Source: Hyaloraphidium curvatum SAG 235-1
Taxonomy: Eukaryota; Fungi; Monoblepharomycota
Length of the DNA stretch: 64,000 bases
Assembly (NCBI GenBank): GCA_025558095.1
Contig: JAIVFI010000002.1
Coordinates: 558,001-622,000 of the forward strand
Reading direction: 5' to 3'
The position numbers and the translations under genes were made by a program. The notes beneath the pieces are model-generated. The model saw nothing but the letters and a program-made list of their open reading frames with translations, was not told where the DNA came from and did not search any database. Of the stretch, positions 60,806 through 64,000 are shown piece by piece. Each line of letters starts with the position of its first letter. The stretch's first letter is position 1.

Positions 60806-61891
60806 CTAATGCTGGAATAACCCTTGCCGACCTAGCGAGGATAACCTCACAATTGTGCGCGAAACAATGTTTGCAATGTGCTCCCGTGAGAGACGAACAC
60901 CAGCAGGCCTAATGTTGAGTGTCATTTGCGAACTGTTCGCCGCCTGAGTAGGGTATGGTTCCAGATGTTCATGTTCGACGTAATACCATTGCCATAGTAT
61001 CGTTTCGGGAAGGCCACGAATGCTCCCAGCATTGGTCCGCCACAAGGTCGTAGAATTAGGAGCGTGCAATCGCGATTCCTTGAAGGTTACAACCTCGATG
61101 ATGAGTGCCCATGGCCATGAAAACAGTGCGTGAACTAATCCAGCTCCATGAACGCCAATAACTACACATGCCGATGCGAAAGTCTGGACAGTTTCATCGA
61201 GCGTTTCGTTACCCCTAAAGACCACAAACGACGTTCTGTACCGCTTGAGCGACGTTTTCAACTGATCTTGTAGTATGTCTTCATCAAGAATGTGCCGCCC
61301 CCGGTTGGGCTTCCTCACTATAAGGACAACATGCCGGCAAGAATGCCGGACATTGGCTGATGCATTGGACGCCAAAAGCGCCAACTCTCTGAGGCAGTTT
61401 GGACATTGGGGTGTGCTTACATCGTACGAAAGAACATGAGACGCAGTGATCGCTGTTTGGTTCTGCCACGGTGTTCGATGGTCAAGGAAAAGAAGAGACA
61501 CGTTTGCCGGCGACAAGAATGGTTCCAGCCACGCCGTGAAGAAACGCTGCAGATACAAAGGAACAACAGCTAGGACGTCGCTCTTTTGCCTAGACAGACT
61601 TCGCAATGGCGGCAGTAGCCTCACGGCACGAGTCAAACAATCCAAGATCAAGTGAAAGTACGCGAAGGGGTACGGATGTCCGTAACAATTAAAATCAACG
61701 ACAGTAAGTCCGCTCTCCCGTCTGACACTCGGCATCGAAGATTTATCACATTCCCGGCACGAATCTGGAATACCCAAGCCCTCAACCTCTGAAGACCTTT
61801 GGAACTCAACGCTGTAGCCGACCAAGTACGACAATATAAGTAGCATTCCGATGGCACTTCCCCAGAAAGCGATGACTTTGCCAGACACCAT
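60806..61891 (-). CDS. GT61-family (DUF563) glycosyltransferase, type II membrane, intronless
   Basis: YFHLILD, R..GRHI.DE, VIGVHGAGLVHALF..ALIIEV; N-terminal TM. Confidence 0.85.
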   Translation of the reverse strand: MVSGKVIAFWGSAIGMLLILSYLVGYSVEFQRSSEVEGLGIPDSCRECDKSSMPSVRRESGLTVVDFNCYGHPYPFAYFHLILDCLTRAVRLLPPLRSLSRQKSDVLAVVPLYLQRFFTAWLEPFLSPANVSLLFLDHRTPWQNQTAITASHVLSYDVSTPQCPNCLRELALLASNASANVRHSCRHVVLIVRKPNRGRHILDEDILQDQLKTSLKRYRTSFVVFRGNETLDETVQTFASACVVIGVHGAGLVHALFSWPWALIIEVVTFKESRLHAPNSTTLWRTNAGSIRGLPETILWQWYYVEHEHLEPYPTQAANSSQMTLNIRPAGVRLSREHIANIVSRTIVRLSSLGRQGLFQH

Positions 61892-61962
61892 GGCCGGCTT
61901 TCCTGCGCAAGTTCTTCAGAGCGGAAGTGATCGCATTCGTCTATGGCGGAGGTCGCGACAAA

Positions 61963-63100
61963 TCAATCCCCGCCTAACATACCGTACACACATTCTGTGT
62001 CCGTCCACGAACACGTCGCGGTGCCTAGAGCACTCATCCGGGCAATGATTGGAACTTTTTGCGTGGCCGACAAGCGCAGGGCTCGAAGCTGGAGCTCTTG
62101 GCGCGAAGTCAAGCCTTCGGAACAGGTACACGTATCCCTGTCACAACGCTCCCAGTGTGTGCCTACGTGTTCTGTTAGGATCTCCAGCATTCGCGATGGG
62201 CGCAGGACTTGTCTGCGCGGGTCTACGGCTCTGCATCCGGAGCGATGGCTCGTCGCCCCATTCTGGGTGCACACCATGCCCTTCGCTCCCAACCTGGGCT
62301 CCAACGGCCAAACGTCGTTTCTGGCATAGCGTAAGCAGCTCATTAAGCACACTGGTGGGCTTGAAGATCGTCCTGTCCCGAAAGCAGATAAGTGATAGCG
62401 GGATGTCAACCGGACGTCAAGACCATAGGTCCGCCGTTTCGCTCCGAAACGGCCCTTCAGCCATTCTATTCCATTCGGTCTCCATGGGTGGCCATTGCTG
62501 CGCCAGTGCTGCGCCAGTAGCTGTTTTTAACTCGACTTTGTACCAGAATAGAAGCTGTGGCTTACTTTCGGTGTCCCATCTCCTACGTTCGAACGATGTA
62601 GTCCTCCATGGGGTTTAGCGTCCTACGCGCGACATTTGAAGGCTCGAGACCGGATCTGCGAAGTTCATGGTAGAGGGGAGTGCTAACACCTTGACTGTAT
62701 GACCCTATGACCCAAGGTGGCAGGCTGCCGGCCCTGATTTCTTGCACGCATATCGTCCCAATGTCCTTCAACGCATCGATGCCTATCTTGAAGTTCATCA
62801 ATCTGGCCCGCTTAACCTATCAACTACCGCCTTCTCCGCCTTTCCCTTGTCTTTTATGGCACATAATATATTGAGCCGAGTACGCGCGTCAGCAGTCTCA
62901 AAAATGGGGCGGATAATTCTACGTCTGCACCCTGCCGTTCCATATCTTTCCGCATGCCCGCGATAGGGTTCCCTGTCCAGAAGAGGTCGAGATCCGACCA
63001 AAGCACGTTGTAGCCCAACTCCAGAGCGCGAAGAACCTTTGTGACTTCAACTTGACCTTGTGGCGGACCGATGCTGGGAGCATTCGGGGCCTTCCCCAAA
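61963..63100 (-). pseudogene. Nucleotide-diphospho-sugar transferase (GT77-like) remnant
   Basis: VLRALELGYNVLWSDLDLFWTGNP; multiple frameshifts. Confidence 0.6.
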
Positions 63101-63124
63101 CAAAACATGGCAAAAAGGGTGTTT

Positions 63125-63424
63125 CGTCGAACATGAACATCTTGAGCCATACTGCTCGCAAATGAACCTCAACATTAGGCCTGCTGGTGTTCGCCTCACA
63201 GGGGAGCACATTCCAAACATTGTTTCGCGCACAACAGTGAGGTTATCCTCGCTAGGTCAGCAAGGGTTATTCCAGCATTAGTTCATTCTTTCTCGCGGAA
63301 AAACGCTCGTGCTCGATAGGCGGAGCTTCCGGTTGGGGAACGACGCATTCCAGTAAAGCTCGGGGTCCGCCCAGAGGTCCTCGACAGAGATTGCGGGACT
63401 GCGATACCAGTCAACTCGACGGCT
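63125..63424 (+). repeat. Inverted diverged copy of 60657-60980 (GT61 3' end plus convergent neighbour's 3' end)
   Basis: VEHEHLEPY..NIRPAGVRL..GLFQH* and the downstream sequence align. Confidence 0.9.
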
Positions 63425-64000
63425 GTTTGCTCCCGCCTCATGGCCATGGTGCCATGGTGCCATATTCATGCACGCGCTTGGCCGCAAAGCGGAGTCCCCG
63501 AGGAACCGTCTCGACTTTGCGCGACTGCACAGATACAGGTTTCACGCAGAGGGAACGGTCAACCCCGACGTACGGCCATCGGAATAAGGTAGCACTGCTT
63601 CATCGGGCTCTGTGGCTCTATCCTGATGTCGAGTAGTTCTTCATGAGCGACATTGACTCCATCGTTTTGCATCCCCATGTACTGATCCCGGTGGCCCACC
63701 CAAGACACGGGACGAGGTTGTTTCGAACATCAGCCTTCTTCGGTGGAGCGGTAAGAGCCAAGTGGATCCAAGCCCAAACCGCCTTGAGGTACCTTCTGAA
63801 CCAATTGCAAACCGAAGACGCGGCAAGATCTACTGGGAGAGCCAGGCTTTCAACTCTCCGGACATGTGTATTGGGAAACGCTCGATATCGGCCCCAACTT
63901 TCTGACGGATACTTTTGTCAATTTCATCAGGAAAGCAAAGGACAATTTTCGGGCGATCGGGGAGTTTTCAGATGCACAGGATCTTGTTTGCCCGCCTAGA

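Overview
This is GC-rich eukaryotic DNA, most likely fungal: it has short GT-AG introns with CTRAC branch sites, a Clr2-domain gene and fungal-type Cryptons. An early-diverging lineage is my inference. About 1-53 kb and 57-64 kb form a transposon-dense accessory region. The mobile elements are two CryptonF tyrosine-recombinase (YR) elements, fragments of a second YR family, a Helitron fragment, a Tc1/IS630 transposase, a Harbinger derivative and a large decayed DUF6729-type transposon carrying exonuclease, PHD and peptidase domains. In the centre is a decayed Fanzor1 (eukaryotic TnpB-like RNA-guided nuclease) locus. It is bracketed by a 12-bp direct repeat, has structured RNA-like segments at both ends and abuts a YR fragment. 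Interleaved with the TEs is a set of mostly lower-GC, intron-poor glycan genes: an SLC35A sugar-nucleotide transporter, a Cap64-like SGNH protein, FkbM methyltransferases, GT77+O-FucT, GT4, a wecC-like dehydrogenase, GT2-like+GT64 and GT61. Some of these share an upstream leader motif and several are duplicated as fragments. A short ordinary host block (Clr2-like gene, tRNA-Arg) lies at 53-57 kb. All family calls come from recognising motifs by eye; no searches were run.
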